DNA of 64,000 nucleotides from Candidatus Eiseniibacteriota bacterium (GCA_963702435.1 CAVPCR010000004.1:288001-352000), one strand, 5' to 3'; positions 23,283 to 33,730 are shown, counted from the stretch's first letter. Notes: generated by a model from the sequence alone, not told the origin. Numbers and translations: made by a program.

Positions 23283-26237
23283 ATGACGACGCGCGGACAC
23301 GACGACGACGCCGGGACCAGGCCGGCGCTGACACGAGACGCGAGCGCCGCGGGACACGCGGCGCTCGCGGCTGCGCTTACGAAGCTCCGCCGCGCCGTGA
23401 GCGGCGAGGTGCGCGCCGACGCCCTCTCGCGCGCCATCTACGCGACCGACGCCTCGAACTACCGCCTGGCGCCGCTCGGCGTCGTCGTGCCGAAGACGCG
23501 TGCCGATGTCGAGGCCGCGGTCGCGATCGCCGCCGAGCACGGGATCCCGCTCCTTCCGCGCGGCGGCGGCACGAGCCTCGCCGGGAACACGGTCGGCGCC
23601 GCGCTCATCCTCGACTTCACGAAGCACATGCACCGGATCCTCGATGTGGATCCGGCCGGCCGCCGCGTGCGCGTCGAGCCCGGCGTCATCGTCGGCCGGT
23701 TGAACCGCACGCTCGCCGCGCACGGGCTCCTCTTCGGGCCCGATCCCGCGACCAAGGACCGCGCCGCGCTTGGCGGCATGATCGGGAACAACTCGTGCGG
23801 CGCGCACTCGCTCGCCTACGGGAAGACGGTCGATCACGTCGAGCAGGTCGTGGCGCTCCTCGCCGACGGGAGCCTGATCGAGGCCGCGCGCTCGGGCGAA
23901 GTCGGCGGCAGCGAGCGGGCGCGGGCGATCGCCGCGGAGTTGCGAACGCTCGCCGCGCAAGTAGGCGATCTCGTGCGCGCGCGTTATCCGCAGATCCCGC
24001 GCCGCGTGTCGGGGTTCAACCTGGACGAGCTCCTGCCCGAGCATGGCGCCAATGTGGCCGGGCTCCTGACCGGCTCCGAGGGCACGCTCGCGGTGACGCT
24101 CGAGGCGACGCTCGCGCTCTCGCCGCGGCCGCGCCACCACGCGCTCGCGCTCCTCTTCTTCGACGACGTGCCCGAGGCGCTCGATCAGGTGCCGGAGCTC
24201 GTCGCCCGCCACGCGCCGGCCGCGCTCGAGCTCGTGGATCGCACGTTGATAACGCGCGCCGAGACCCGCCCGCGCTTCCACCGCGCGCTCCGTCTCTTCG
24301 ACGCGGCAGCCGGCGGCACCCTCCTCGTCGAGGCGGCGGGGGAGAGCGCGGCCGAGGTGGCGGAGCGGGCGCGGGCGATCGGGCGGGAGCGATTCCCCGG
24401 GCTCCGCGCGACCGCCGTGCTCATCGACCACGAGGAGCAGGAGGAGGCGTGGGCGCTCCGTGAATCGGCGCTCGGGCTCCTCTGGAACGTCCGCGGCGAG
24501 GCGAAGCCCACCGCCGGCGTCGAGGACACGGCGGTGCCGCCGGCGCATCTCGGGACCTACGTGCGCGAGTTCCGCGAGATCCTCCGCCGGCACGGCACCG
24601 AGGGGAGCTTCTACGGACATGCGGGCGAGGGCTGCCTCCACATCCGCGTGCTCCTCGATCTCAAGGCCGCGGGCGGCCCCGCGGGGCTCCGCCGCCTGAC
24701 CGAGGAGGTGGGCGATCTTGTCCTCGCGCACGGCGGCTCGCTCTCGGGCGAGCACGGGGACGGGATCGCGCGGAGCGAGCTCCTCGGGCGGATGTTCGGC
24801 CCGGAGCTGGTCCAGGCATTCGGGCGGGTGAAGGGCCTCTTCGATCCGGAGCGGCGGCTCAATCCCGGGAAGATCGTGGATCCGCTCCCGCTCGACGAGA
24901 ACCTGCGCTTCCACCCGGACTATGTGTTGCGGGAGCCCGCGACGTTCTTCGACTGGTCCAAGCAGGAGGGATTCGGGCGGGCGGTCGAGAACTGTATCGG
25001 GGTCGGCAAGTGCCGGAAGCTCGATGCCGGCACCATGTGTCCCTCGTACATGGTGACGCTCGAGGAGCTCCACTCGACCCGCGGGCGGGCGAACGCGCTC
25101 CGCGAGGCGATGCTCGGCGAGCTACTGGGGGACGGCGGCGCGGGGATCGGCGATCCGCGGCTTCGCGAGGCGCTCGACCTCTGTCTCTCGTGCAAGGCGT
25201 GCAAGCGCGAGTGTCCGACCGGGGTCGACATGGCGCGGCTCAAGGCCGAGGTGCTCGCGGCGCAGCGGAGTGAGGCGGGAGCACCGCTTCATCACCGGAT
25301 GTATGCCGCGATCGGACGGCTGTCGGCGCTGGGCGCCGGGGCGCCATGGCTCGTGAACGCGATCACCCGGAGCGGGGTCGGCGGGTGGCTCCTCCGCGCC
25401 GCGGGGCGGATCCATCCCGGGCGCAGCCTGCCGGAGCTCGCGCCGGAGAGCTTCCGCGCGCGCCACGAGCGCGGCGGGGCGCGCCGGGCCGCGCCGGCGC
25501 CCGGCACCCGGCAGCGCGTCATCCTCCTCGACGACACCTTCAATAACTACCAGGAGCCGCAGGTTCTCGTGTCGGCGGCGGAGGTGCTCGCTGCTGCCGG
25601 CTTCGAGGTCTTGCTCCCGGCGACCAGGGTCTGCTGCGGGCGGCCGTTCTACTCGCTTGGCTTCCTCGATCGTGCGCGGGAGGCAGGGCGGCACTTGCTC
25701 GATGTGCTCGGTCCCGAGATCGACCGCGGGACGCTCGTCGTCGGCTGCGAGCCGAGCTGTCTCTTGACCTTCCGGGACGAGCTACCGGATCTCGTGCCCG
25801 GGCCGCGCTCGCGTGCCCTCGCCGGCCAGGCCCGTCTCCTCGAGGAGCTTCTCATCGAGCGCGACTACGCGCCGGGGCGCCTCGCCGGGCAGGCGATCGT
25901 GCATCCCCACTGCCACCAGCTCGCGCTCGCCGGGAGCGATGCCCTCATGTCTCTCCTCCGCCGGGTGGAGGGGCTCGAAAGCGAGCTCCTCGATTCCGGC
26001 TGCTGCGGCATGGCCGGCGCCTTCGGCTACGAGCGCGATCACTATGACGTGTCGATGGCGATCGGGGAGCGCGTGCTCCTGCCGCGGGCGCGGGCGGCGA
26101 CGGCGGAGACGATCCTGGTTGCGAACGGCACCTCGTGCCGCCACCAGATTCGGGACGGCGCCCGCCGCGAGGCGATCCACGTCGCCGAGCTTCTCGCCCG
26201 CTGCGCGCGCCACCAGGATGAAAGGTCGAACCAATGA
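23283..26237 (+). CDS. FAD-linked oxidase with Fe-S and CCG domains (GlcD/GlcF-type fusion, YdiJ-like)
   Basis: RGGGTSLAG, GGMIGNNSCG, GSEGTL, GEHGDG, CLSCKACKRECP, CCG motifs. Confidence 0.9.
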   Translation: MTTRGHDDDAGTRPALTRDASAAGHAALAAALTKLRRAVSGEVRADALSRAIYATDASNYRLAPLGVVVPKTRADVEAAVAIAAEHGIPLLPRGGGTSLAGNTVGAALILDFTKHMHRILDVDPAGRRVRVEPGVIVGRLNRTLAAHGLLFGPDPATKDRAALGGMIGNNSCGAHSLAYGKTVDHVEQVVALLADGSLIEAARSGEVGGSERARAIAAELRTLAAQVGDLVRARYPQIPRRVSGFNLDELLPEHGANVAGLLTGSEGTLAVTLEATLALSPRPRHHALALLFFDDVPEALDQVPELVARHAPAALELVDRTLITRAETRPRFHRALRLFDAAAGGTLLVEAAGESAAEVAERARAIGRERFPGLRATAVLIDHEEQEEAWALRESALGLLWNVRGEAKPTAGVEDTAVPPAHLGTYVREFREILRRHGTEGSFYGHAGEGCLHIRVLLDLKAAGGPAGLRRLTEEVGDLVLAHGGSLSGEHGDGIARSELLGRMFGPELVQAFGRVKGLFDPERRLNPGKIVDPLPLDENLRFHPDYVLREPATFFDWSKQEGFGRAVENCIGVGKCRKLDAGTMCPSYMVTLEELHSTRGRANALREAMLGELLGDGGAGIGDPRLREALDLCLSCKACKRECPTGVDMARLKAEVLAAQRSEAGAPLHHRMYAAIGRLSALGAGAPWLVNAITRSGVGGWLLRAAGRIHPGRSLPELAPESFRARHERGGARRAAPAPGTRQRVILLDDTFNNYQEPQVLVSAAEVLAAAGFEVLLPATRVCCGRPFYSLGFLDRAREAGRHLLDVLGPEIDRGTLVVGCEPSCLLTFRDELPDLVPGPRSRALAGQARLLEELLIERDYAPGRLAGQAIVHPHCHQLALAGSDALMSLLRRVEGLESELLDSGCCGMAGAFGYERDHYDVSMAIGERVLLPRARAATAETILVANGTSCRHQIRDGARREAIHVAELLARCARHQDERSNQ

Positions 26238-26860
26238 AACAGGCACTGGCGTTCGTGGGGAGTGCCGTGGCGGGTGGACTCCTCATCCTGATTCCCGTCT
26301 ACCTCGCCGTCCTGCTGCTGCTCAAGGCACTGAAGTCCGTCGCCGGACTGGTGCGGCCATTCACCCTCCTCCTTCCGGACTCCTTCCCCGCCGAGACGAT
26401 CCTGTCCCTTCTCCTCGTCTTCCTGATCTGCTTCCTGATCGGCGTAGCCATCCGGACCGGGCCCGGACGGGTCGCCCGGGAGCGGATCGAGAAAGCTCTC
26501 TTCGAGAAGATTCCGGGCTACGCGCTCATCCGAAGTCTCACTCAGCAGATGGCGGGCGCCAGCGATGACACCGTCTGGAAGCCCGCGCTGGCCGAGATCG
26601 AAGAGGCCCTCGTTCCGGCCTTCATCATCGAGGAGTTCGCGGACGGGCGGTACACGGTGTTCGTCCCATCGATCCCCACACCGTTTGCGGGCGCCGTCTA
26701 CATCCTCGCCCGGGAGCGGGTGCATCCCCTGGACGTGCCCTTCACTCGAGCGCTCAGGGTCGTCTCCAAGTGGGGATCGGGCGCGAAGGAGCTCGTCGCG
26801 GCCATGGAAGGTGGAGGGTCCTCGTCCCGCCCGGTGGCGGAATCGACGCGGACTTGCTAG
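26234..26860 (+). CDS. DUF502-like membrane protein
   Basis: Two N-terminal transmembrane segments, KIPGY, VFVPSIPTPFAG. Confidence 0.75.
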   Translation: MKQALAFVGSAVAGGLLILIPVYLAVLLLLKALKSVAGLVRPFTLLLPDSFPAETILSLLLVFLICFLIGVAIRTGPGRVARERIEKALFEKIPGYALIRSLTQQMAGASDDTVWKPALAEIEEALVPAFIIEEFADGRYTVFVPSIPTPFAGAVYILARERVHPLDVPFTRALRVVSKWGSGAKELVAAMEGGGSSSRPVAESTRTC

Positions 26861-26870
26861 GTTTCCGCAC

Positions 26871-27860
26871 ATGGCCACCAAAGCCGCGACGAACCGCCTC
26901 CCCGACCCCACCGGCCCCGTCCGCATCGGCATCTCGAGCTGCCTCCTCGGCGAGGAGGTCCGCTTCGACGGCGGACACAAGGAAGACCGCTTCATCTCGC
27001 GCACGCTCAACGCCTACTTCGAGTACGTGCCAGTCTGTCCCGAGCTCGAGGTCGGGATGGGCGTGCCTCGGGAGTCGCTCCGGCTCGTCGGCGAGCCCGA
27101 ATCGCCGCGTCTCCTTACGGTGCGCACCAAGATCGACCACACGCAGTCCATGCTCCGGTTCGCGGCGAAGCGCGTGCGCGAGCTCGCGGCGGAGAATCTC
27201 GACGGCTACATCTTCAAGAAGGACTCGCCGAGCTGCGGCATGGAGCGGGTGCGCGTCTACGGCGCGGAATCGGGCATGGCGGTGCGCCAGGGGGTCGGCA
27301 TGTTCGCCCGCGAGTTCAAGGAACGTTTCCCGCTCGTGCCGGCCGAAGAGGAAGGACGCCTCTCGGACCCCGTCCTCCGCGAGAACTTCATCGAGCGCGT
27401 GTTCTGCCACTGGCGCTGGCGGCATCTCCTCGCCGACGGCTTGACGCGCGGGCGCCTCGTCGCCTTCCACACCGCGCACAAGCTCGTCCTCCTCGCCCAC
27501 AGCCCCGAGCACTACGCCGAGATGGGGCGGCTCGTGGCCGGTGCCAAGGCGTTCCGGCCATCCGAGCTCGCCACCCGCTACGGCGAGCTCCAGGCCGCCG
27601 GGCTCCAGGTCAGGGCGACGAGCCGCAAGCACACGAACGTGCTCCAGCACATCGCCGGCTACTTCAAGGAGCACCTGAGCCCGGACGAGAAGGCGGAGCT
27701 CCAGAGCGTGATCGCCGACTACCGGCAGGGGCTCGTACCCCTCATCGTGCCCATCACCCTGGTCAAGCACTACGTGCGCAAGTTCGATGTGTCCTACCTG
27801 AGCGATCAGGTGTACCTGAACCCCCATCCCAAGGAGCTCATGCTCCGGAATCACGTCTAG
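26871..27860 (+). CDS. ybgA: DUF523+DUF1722 protein (YbgA/RudS-like thio-base desulfidase family)
   Basis: GISSCLLGEEVRFDGGHK, CPELEVG, SPSCG, EEEGRL, NVLQHIAGYFK, YLNPHP. Confidence 0.9.
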   Translation: MATKAATNRLPDPTGPVRIGISSCLLGEEVRFDGGHKEDRFISRTLNAYFEYVPVCPELEVGMGVPRESLRLVGEPESPRLLTVRTKIDHTQSMLRFAAKRVRELAAENLDGYIFKKDSPSCGMERVRVYGAESGMAVRQGVGMFAREFKERFPLVPAEEEGRLSDPVLRENFIERVFCHWRWRHLLADGLTRGRLVAFHTAHKLVLLAHSPEHYAEMGRLVAGAKAFRPSELATRYGELQAAGLQVRATSRKHTNVLQHIAGYFKEHLSPDEKAELQSVIADYRQGLVPLIVPITLVKHYVRKFDVSYLSDQVYLNPHPKELMLRNHV

Positions 27861-27862
27861 CC

Positions 27863-28234
27863 ATGAAGAAACTGCTGATTCGCTGGGTCATCGTCGGTCT
27901 CTCGCTGTTCGTCGCCGCCTGGATCGTGCCGGGGATCCGCGTCGAGTCGAACGGTGTCGGCGTCTATGCGGCGACGGCCGTGATCCTCGGCTTCGTGAAC
28001 GCGATCGTGCGCCCGCTCCTCGTCCTCCTCACCTGTCCGGCGATCATCCTGACGCTCGGCCTCTTCGTGCTGGTGGTGAACGCCATCTCGCTCTCGATCG
28101 CCTCGTGGATCGCGGTCAACTGGTTCCACGTCGGTTTCAACGTCGACGGGTTCGGGGCGGCGTTCCTCGGTGCGCTCATCGTGAGCATCGTCTCGGTCAT
28201 CCTCTCCGCGCTGGTCAAGGACGCCTGGGAGTAG
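27863..28234 (+). CDS. YvlD/phage-holin-like 4-TM membrane protein
   Basis: VNAIVRP, LTLGLFVLVVNA, AFLGALIVS. Confidence 0.85.
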   Translation: MKKLLIRWVIVGLSLFVAAWIVPGIRVESNGVGVYAATAVILGFVNAIVRPLLVLLTCPAIILTLGLFVLVVNAISLSIASWIAVNWFHVGFNVDGFGAAFLGALIVSIVSVILSALVKDAWE

Positions 28235-28241
28235 GGGCCGG

Positions 28242-28799
28242 ATGTCCGCGCGCGCGGTGCGCGAGATCTACAAGGGACGCGTGGTCCATCTCGTCGTCGA
28301 GGAGGTGGACCTCCCGAACGGGACCCGGGTCGAGCTCGAGATCATCCATCACCCGGGCGCGGCCGCCGTGGTGCCCTTCGTGAGCGCCGACGAGGTGCTC
28401 CTCGTCCGCCAGTACCGGCATGCCGCCGGCGGGTACATCCTCGAGGTGCCGGCCGGGAAGCTCGATCCGGGCGAGGCGCCGGAAGCCTGCGCGCTCCGCG
28501 AGACCGAGGAGGAGATCGGCTACGCCCCCGGCCATCTGACCCGCCTCGGCGCCATCTTCACGACGCCGGGGTTCACCGACGAGGTGATCCATCTCTTCGC
28601 CGCGCACGACCTCGCTCCCAGCGAGACGCGGCACGAGGCAGACGAGGTGATGAGCGTCGAGCGCATGCCGCTCGCGGCGGCGGTCGCCAGGATCGAGAGC
28701 GGCGAGATCCGGGACGCGAAGACGATCTGTGCGCTCCTCCTCGCGGCGCGACTGTGGGGCGAGCGGCCGCCCGCTGCTCAGCGATCCGCGCCGGCGTAG
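28242..28799 (+). CDS. NUDIX hydrolase (ADP-ribose pyrophosphatase-like)
   Basis: HPGA, QYRH, PAGKLDPGEAPEACALRETEEEIG, DAKT. Confidence 0.92.
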   Translation: MSARAVREIYKGRVVHLVVEEVDLPNGTRVELEIIHHPGAAAVVPFVSADEVLLVRQYRHAAGGYILEVPAGKLDPGEAPEACALRETEEEIGYAPGHLTRLGAIFTTPGFTDEVIHLFAAHDLAPSETRHEADEVMSVERMPLAAAVARIESGEIRDAKTICALLLAARLWGERPPAAQRSAPA

Positions 28800-29644
28800 C
28801 GGCGCGCGGTCGCGAGCGCGTGGAACGCGATCACGAGGACGACGATCGCGCCCCCCGTCATGGCCATGACGCCCGGCCTCTCGCCCCGCGCCAGGAACAC
28901 CCAGACCGGATTCAGCACCGGCTCGAGGAGCGCGAAGAGCGCCACCTCGAGCGCCGGGAGGCGGCGGATCGCCACGGTCAGGAGCACGTAGCCCACCCCG
29001 AGCTGGCCGGCGCCGAGCAGCACGAGGTAGAAGAGCTGCTCTCCGGTGAGCGTGAAATCGGGCCACACCCACGGTAGCGCGAGCAACACGGCGGCGAGAT
29101 TCCCGAGGGCGAGCGTGTGGAGGAGCGGGGTCGCGCGCGCCCGGCGCATGGCGATCATCATGAGACCGAAGCAGAGCCCGCTCGCGAGCGCCACCGCGTT
29201 GCCGCGTCCGCCCGCCGGGCCAACCCGTTCGGCCAGCACGAGGAGGAGGCCGACGAGCGCGCCGCCCACCGCGAAGATGTCGGCGGCCCGCGGCCAGCGC
29301 CGCTCGATGAGCGCGCCGAAGAGGATCACCCATACCGGCGCCGTGGACTGGAGCAGGATGGCGTTGGCGGCGGTCGTCGACTTGTTCGCGATGACGAAGA
29401 GGTTGACCGTGAACGCGTAGGTCAGGATGACGCCGATCGCGCCGGGGCGTACCTCGCGCCAGCCCCGCCCGGCCACCAGCGCGAGGAAGAGGCACGAGAA
29501 GAGCGAGCGGTAGAGGGAGATCGTGAGCGGCGGGAGGTCGATCAGCTTGAAGAGGAGCCCGGCGGTCGACCACGAGAGGGCGGCGCCGAGGATGGCGGCG
29601 ATACCGATGGCATAGGGGCGACTGGCATGGGGACGGCGCTCCAC
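28778..29644 (-). CDS. EamA/DMT family transporter
   Basis: About 10 transmembrane segments, ANAILLQSTAP, LEPVLNPVW, GERP; probable GTG start at 29644. Confidence 0.85.
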   Translation of the reverse strand: MERRPHASRPYAIGIAAILGAALSWSTAGLLFKLIDLPPLTISLYRSLFSCLFLALVAGRGWREVRPGAIGVILTYAFTVNLFVIANKSTTAANAILLQSTAPVWVILFGALIERRWPRAADIFAVGGALVGLLLVLAERVGPAGGRGNAVALASGLCFGLMMIAMRRARATPLLHTLALGNLAAVLLALPWVWPDFTLTGEQLFYLVLLGAGQLGVGYVLLTVAIRRLPALEVALFALLEPVLNPVWVFLARGERPGVMAMTGGAIVVLVIAFHALATARRYAGADR

Positions 29645-29678
29645 GGCGCAGATCCTAGCACGCGCCGCCCGGGGCAGA

Positions 29679-29730
29679 TCGCCCAGGATCGTTGCGCCCG
29701 CCGCTCGCCCAGGATCGTTGCGCCCGCCGC
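29679..29730. repeat. Perfect 26-bp tandem duplication (intergenic)
   Basis: TCGCCCAGGATCGTTGCGCCCGCCGC x2. Confidence 0.9.
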
Positions 29731-29911
29731 GGCGTGGGCTGAGCCAATTCGCGCAGCGGTCGCCACTCTGTCTCCGACCGGAACACGTCGGTCCGTGTTC
29801 TTCGCCGGACACCAGTGACTTCCTTCCATTCCAGACCTCGCAGCGTGGTACGATAGTTGTGCAGTGACCTCGGCACAGGTCCCGAAATCTCCAACTCGGA
29901 GGTCGCTCGCC

Positions 29912-30067
29912 ATGTTGCGGATACTGCCTCTCGTGATCGGGATCGCCGCCGTGATGCTCCTCACAGGCCATCTCGATTCCATCATCAAGCTGGTGCAGGC
30001 GGCCGGACAGATGATCTGGCCACTAGTCTCGTCGTTCGTCCAGTCGATCGGCGGGAGACTGCCGTAA
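29912..30067 (+). CDS. Small (51 aa) hydrophobic/amphipathic protein
   Basis: GGAGG RBS at 29898, candidate extended -10 TGGTACGAT at 29846; MLRILPLVIGIAAVMLLTGHLDSIIKLVQAAGQMIWPLVSSFVQSIGGRLP. Confidence 0.6.
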   Translation: MLRILPLVIGIAAVMLLTGHLDSIIKLVQAAGQMIWPLVSSFVQSIGGRLP

Positions 30068-30245
30068 GCACGCGCGCATCCCGCGACGATGCGCGCCGCC
30101 CCGACTCGCACCGCCGCGGGCCGTGGGCCACTCGAGAGCCGCGATAGGACATCGCGGCTCTTGCTGTTGGCCCCCCTCTCTGGCACCATCCACGCGGCGC
30201 TACGGTGCGACGCTGTCCCCGAGGCCCTCACCCTTCTCCGGAGCC

Positions 30246-30728
30246 ATGCCACGCGATCCGATTCCCACCTGGTTCTTCGTGCTAGTCGTCGTCCGCCACG
30301 GCGATCGCTTCCTGCTGGTCCAGGAGGCGAAGCCGGGTGAGCCGTGGTACCTGCCGGCGGGAGGCGTCGAGCCCGGGGAGACGCTCCTCGCCGCCGCCGA
30401 GCGCGAGTGCATCGAGGAGGCCGGCATCCCGATCGAGGTGGACGGGGTTCTCCGCGTCGAGCACGCGCCCCTCGCGGGGGGAACCGCGCGCGTGCGGGTG
30501 ATCCTCGCCGCGCACCCACGGGCGTCGACCGCGCCGAAGCAGGTGGCCGACTCCGAGTCGCTCGGGGCCGACTGGTATACGCTCGCCGACATGAAGCACA
30601 TCGACCTCCGTGCCGACGAGGTCTTCCGTTACTGCGACTACGTGGCCCGGGGCGGGGCGGTCTTCCCGCTCGATCTGCTCTCGGCGGAGCTCGCGCGCGT
30701 GCCGGCGGCGGGAAGGAGGCCGGCATGA
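30246..30728 (+). CDS. NUDIX hydrolase
   Basis: WYLPAGGVEPGETLLAAAERECIEEAG. Confidence 0.9.
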   Translation: MPRDPIPTWFFVLVVVRHGDRFLLVQEAKPGEPWYLPAGGVEPGETLLAAAERECIEEAGIPIEVDGVLRVEHAPLAGGTARVRVILAAHPRASTAPKQVADSESLGADWYTLADMKHIDLRADEVFRYCDYVARGGAVFPLDLLSAELARVPAAGRRPA

Positions 30729-31357
30729 ACGAGCGACGCCGGCCCACCGGCGACGAGAGCCCCACCTGGCGCGAGTACTACGACGCCATCGCCGGGCGCG
30801 CGCCGCGCCCGCTCCTCCTGCGCGCGCTCGCGCTCGCCGATCCGGAGGGCGCGGGCGGGGCCGGTAAGCTAGCGGTGGATCTCGGCTGCGGCGAGGGAAC
30901 GGACACGGTCGAGCTTCTCGGCCGCGGCTACACCGTGCTCGCCCTCGATCAGGAGGAGGAGGCGATCGCGCGGCTCCGGGCCCGCGTGTCGGAAGAGGCG
31001 CGCGCGCGGCTCGCGGTCGCGGTCATGCACTTCGAGACCATGGATCTGCCGGCGGCCGATCTCGTGCTCGCGAGCTTGAGCCTGCCGTTCGCTCGGCCCG
31101 CCGCCTTCCCCTTCGTGTGGCGCAAGGTCGTCGAGGCCCTCGTGCCCGGCGGCTGGTTCATCGGGCACTTCTTCGGGGTCAACGACACCTGGGCGACCCG
31201 CCAGGAGATGACTTTCCACACCGCCGCGACCGTGCGGGCGCTCTTCGCGCGCTTCACGCTCGAGGTGTGCGAGGAGGAGGAGCGCGACGGGGAGACGGCG
31301 CTCCACGAGCCGAAGCACTGGCACATGTTCCACGTGATCGCGCAGAAGCTCGCGTGA
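30725..31357 (+). CDS. Class I SAM-dependent methyltransferase
   Basis: VDLGCGEG, LVPGG; ATGA overlap with the upstream gene. Confidence 0.88.
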   Translation: MNERRRPTGDESPTWREYYDAIAGRAPRPLLLRALALADPEGAGGAGKLAVDLGCGEGTDTVELLGRGYTVLALDQEEEAIARLRARVSEEARARLAVAVMHFETMDLPAADLVLASLSLPFARPAAFPFVWRKVVEALVPGGWFIGHFFGVNDTWATRQEMTFHTAATVRALFARFTLEVCEEEERDGETALHEPKHWHMFHVIAQKLA

Positions 31358-31378
31358 AGGGGCGGGAAGGGGACGATC

Positions 31379-32851
31379 GTGGACGAGGTGAAGGAGGCGA
31401 TGGACGAGTTCCGGGCGATGGGGCACCATCTCGTCGACCTCCTCGCCGACTACCTGGCGAGCGCCGAGGAGCGACCGCTCTTCCCGGCTGCCGAGCCGCG
31501 TTTCCTCGAGGACCTGTTCGCGGCACCGCTCCCCGCCGGGCCGACCCCGCTCGCCGAGGTCGTCCGCGAGCTCGAGGAGAAGCTCCTCCCCTACTCGACC
31601 CAGCTCAGCCACCCCGGTTACTTCGGCCTCATCACCTCGAGCCCGACCCCGGCTGGCATCCTTGCCGACTTCATCGCCTCGGCGCTCAACCAGAACGTCG
31701 GCGCCTACACGATCGGGCCGGCCGCCACCGCGCTCGAGCGGCGCACCGTGCGCTGGCTCGCCGATCTCGCCGGCTACGACGGGCGCGCGGGCGGAAACCT
31801 GACGAGCGGCGGCACCATGGCCAACTTCATCGGGCTCAAGCTGGCGCGCGACCATGTCTCGGGCGATCGCGCGCAGCACGAGGGAGTGACCGCGCGCTAC
31901 GCGGCGTACACGTCCGAGGAGCGGCACGTCTCGGTGGACAAGGCCGCGGACGCGATCGGTATCGGCCGCGCCGGGTTGCGCGCGCTCGCGACCGACGAGC
32001 GCTTCCGGATCGACCTCACCGCGCTGGAGGCAGCGATCGCCGCCGACCGGGCGCAGGGCGTCCGCCCGCTGTGCATCGTGGCCATGGGCGGCACCACCAA
32101 CACCGGGGCGGTGGATGATCTCCGCGCGCTCAGGACGATCGCCGATCGCGAGGGCATGTGGATGCATGTGGACGCCGCCTACGGCGGCGGCATGCTGGTC
32201 TCCGCGGCGCATCGGGAGGTGCTCGACGGGATCGCGCTCGCCGACTCGATCACCATCGACCCGCACAAGTGGTTCTACGCTCCCGTCGATGCCGGCGCCA
32301 TCCTGGTTCGCGACGCGAGCGCGCTCACGCGGTCCTTCGGCATGCAGCCGTCGTACCTGAGCGATGGGCTCGACCCCGGCGGCGAGCGCTACAATTACTA
32401 CGTGCACGGGTTCGAGCAGTCGCGCCGCTTCCGCGGCCTCAAGGTCTGGATGGGGTTCAAGCGCTACGGAGCGCGCGAGATCGGCCGCTGGGTGGACGCG
32501 AACGTCGAGCAGGCCCGACATCTCCACGCGCTGGCCGAGGCGCATCCGGACTTCGCGTCGGCGGTCTGGCCGCGGATGTCGGCGGTCTGCATCCGTTACC
32601 GGCCGGGCGGTGTGGACGCAACGGGCGCCGGCGAGGCGCGGCTCGCCCGGATCCACGCCCTGGTGGCGCGCCGGGTGGAGGCGAGCGGGCGCTTCTGGAT
32701 CTCGACCACGGTGCTCAAGGGGCACACGTACTTCCGGATCAACCCGGTCAACTTCCGCACGCGACGCGAGCACATGGACGAGCTCTTCGCGCTGCTCGCG
32801 GCGGAGTGCGGGCGAGCGCACGCAGATGAGGCAGCACAAGGAGAGGGCTGA
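31379..32851 (+). CDS. PLP-dependent group II amino-acid decarboxylase
   Basis: HPGYFG, SGGTMAN, HVSVDKA, GTTNTGAVD, HVDAAYGG, DPHKW. Confidence 0.93.
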   Translation: MDEVKEAMDEFRAMGHHLVDLLADYLASAEERPLFPAAEPRFLEDLFAAPLPAGPTPLAEVVRELEEKLLPYSTQLSHPGYFGLITSSPTPAGILADFIASALNQNVGAYTIGPAATALERRTVRWLADLAGYDGRAGGNLTSGGTMANFIGLKLARDHVSGDRAQHEGVTARYAAYTSEERHVSVDKAADAIGIGRAGLRALATDERFRIDLTALEAAIAADRAQGVRPLCIVAMGGTTNTGAVDDLRALRTIADREGMWMHVDAAYGGGMLVSAAHREVLDGIALADSITIDPHKWFYAPVDAGAILVRDASALTRSFGMQPSYLSDGLDPGGERYNYYVHGFEQSRRFRGLKVWMGFKRYGAREIGRWVDANVEQARHLHALAEAHPDFASAVWPRMSAVCIRYRPGGVDATGAGEARLARIHALVARRVEASGRFWISTTVLKGHTYFRINPVNFRTRREHMDELFALLAAECGRAHADEAAQGEG

Positions 32852-33150
32852 TGCCGGCTTATGTCATCGTGGACATCGAAGTGCACGATCCGGTTGCGTA
32901 CGAGAAGTACAAGGCCGCGGCGCAGGCGACGGTCGGCGCCTACGGCGGGCGGTATCTCGTGCGCGGCGGGCGCGTGGAAACGCTCGAGGGAAGCTGGACT
33001 CCGCGCCGCTTCGTCGTGCTCGAGTTCCCGAGCTTCGAGCGGGCCAGGGCCTGGTGGAGCTCGCCGGAATACGCGGCGGCGAAGGCCATTCGCCACGCGA
33101 GCGCGGCGACCGAGATGATCGTCGCCGACGGCGTCCCGGTCCAGGCCTAG
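32851..33150 (+). CDS. DUF1330 family protein
   Basis: YGGRYLVRGG...LEG...VVLEFPS...WWSSPEY. Confidence 0.9.
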   Translation: MPAYVIVDIEVHDPVAYEKYKAAAQATVGAYGGRYLVRGGRVETLEGSWTPRRFVVLEFPSFERARAWWSSPEYAAAKAIRHASAATEMIVADGVPVQA

Positions 33151-33184
33151 CCGCCGGGCTCCTGGGCCACGTCATGGAGGCGAA

Positions 33185-33730
33185 ATGAAGAAGGTGCTTC
33201 TCGGGTTGCTCTCGCTCGTTGTCGCCCTCATCGTCATCGGCGTCGTCGTGCTGCTCGCCGTGGGCAAGCGCGACGAGGCCGGACGCAACACGGCCACCAT
33301 CCAGATCGAACGCCCGCCGGCGCAGGTCTTCCCGTGGGTCACGGAGCCCGCGCGCCTCAAGCAGTGGATCGGCGGGCTCGACGAATCCACGCCGCTCACC
33401 GACGAAGGCCTCAAGGTCGGGGCGCGGTCGCGCGAGGTGGTCGTGGTGGGGAACGGTCGTTACGAGATGGAGACGACGGTCACCGACCTCGAGGTGCCCG
33501 CGCGGCTCGTCGTCGCGATCCAGTCGGAAGGATTCAAGGTGGACGCGCGCTACGATCTGGTCGAGAGCGGCGACGGCACCTTCCTCTCCTACGCCTGCAT
33601 CTCGCGGTACGAGCAGCCCCTCGCGAGGCTCATGGAACCGCTCGTCACGCGCGAGGCGCAGAAGAAGATCGAGGCCGATCTGGCCCGCTTGAAGGGGCTG
33701 GTCGAGGCCGAGCCCTGGAGCGGGCCGTAG
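33185..33730 (+). CDS. SRPBCC (polyketide cyclase-like) protein with N-terminal membrane anchor
   Basis: IERPPAQVFPWVTEP...W, C-terminal DLARLKGLVE. Confidence 0.8.
   Translation: MKKVLLGLLSLVVALIVIGVVVLLAVGKRDEAGRNTATIQIERPPAQVFPWVTEPARLKQWIGGLDESTPLTDEGLKVGARSREVVVVGNGRYEMETTVTDLEVPARLVVAIQSEGFKVDARYDLVESGDGTFLSYACISRYEQPLARLMEPLVTREAQKKIEADLARLKGLVEAEPWSGP

Noticed and set aside
27863..28234. Holin-like gene as evidence of a prophage
   Set aside because: YvlD-type genes are common chromosomal membrane proteins; no phage, integrase or lysin genes are nearby.
29679..29730. Possible mini-CRISPR
   Set aside because: Two abutting copies with no spacer, and no cas genes in the window.
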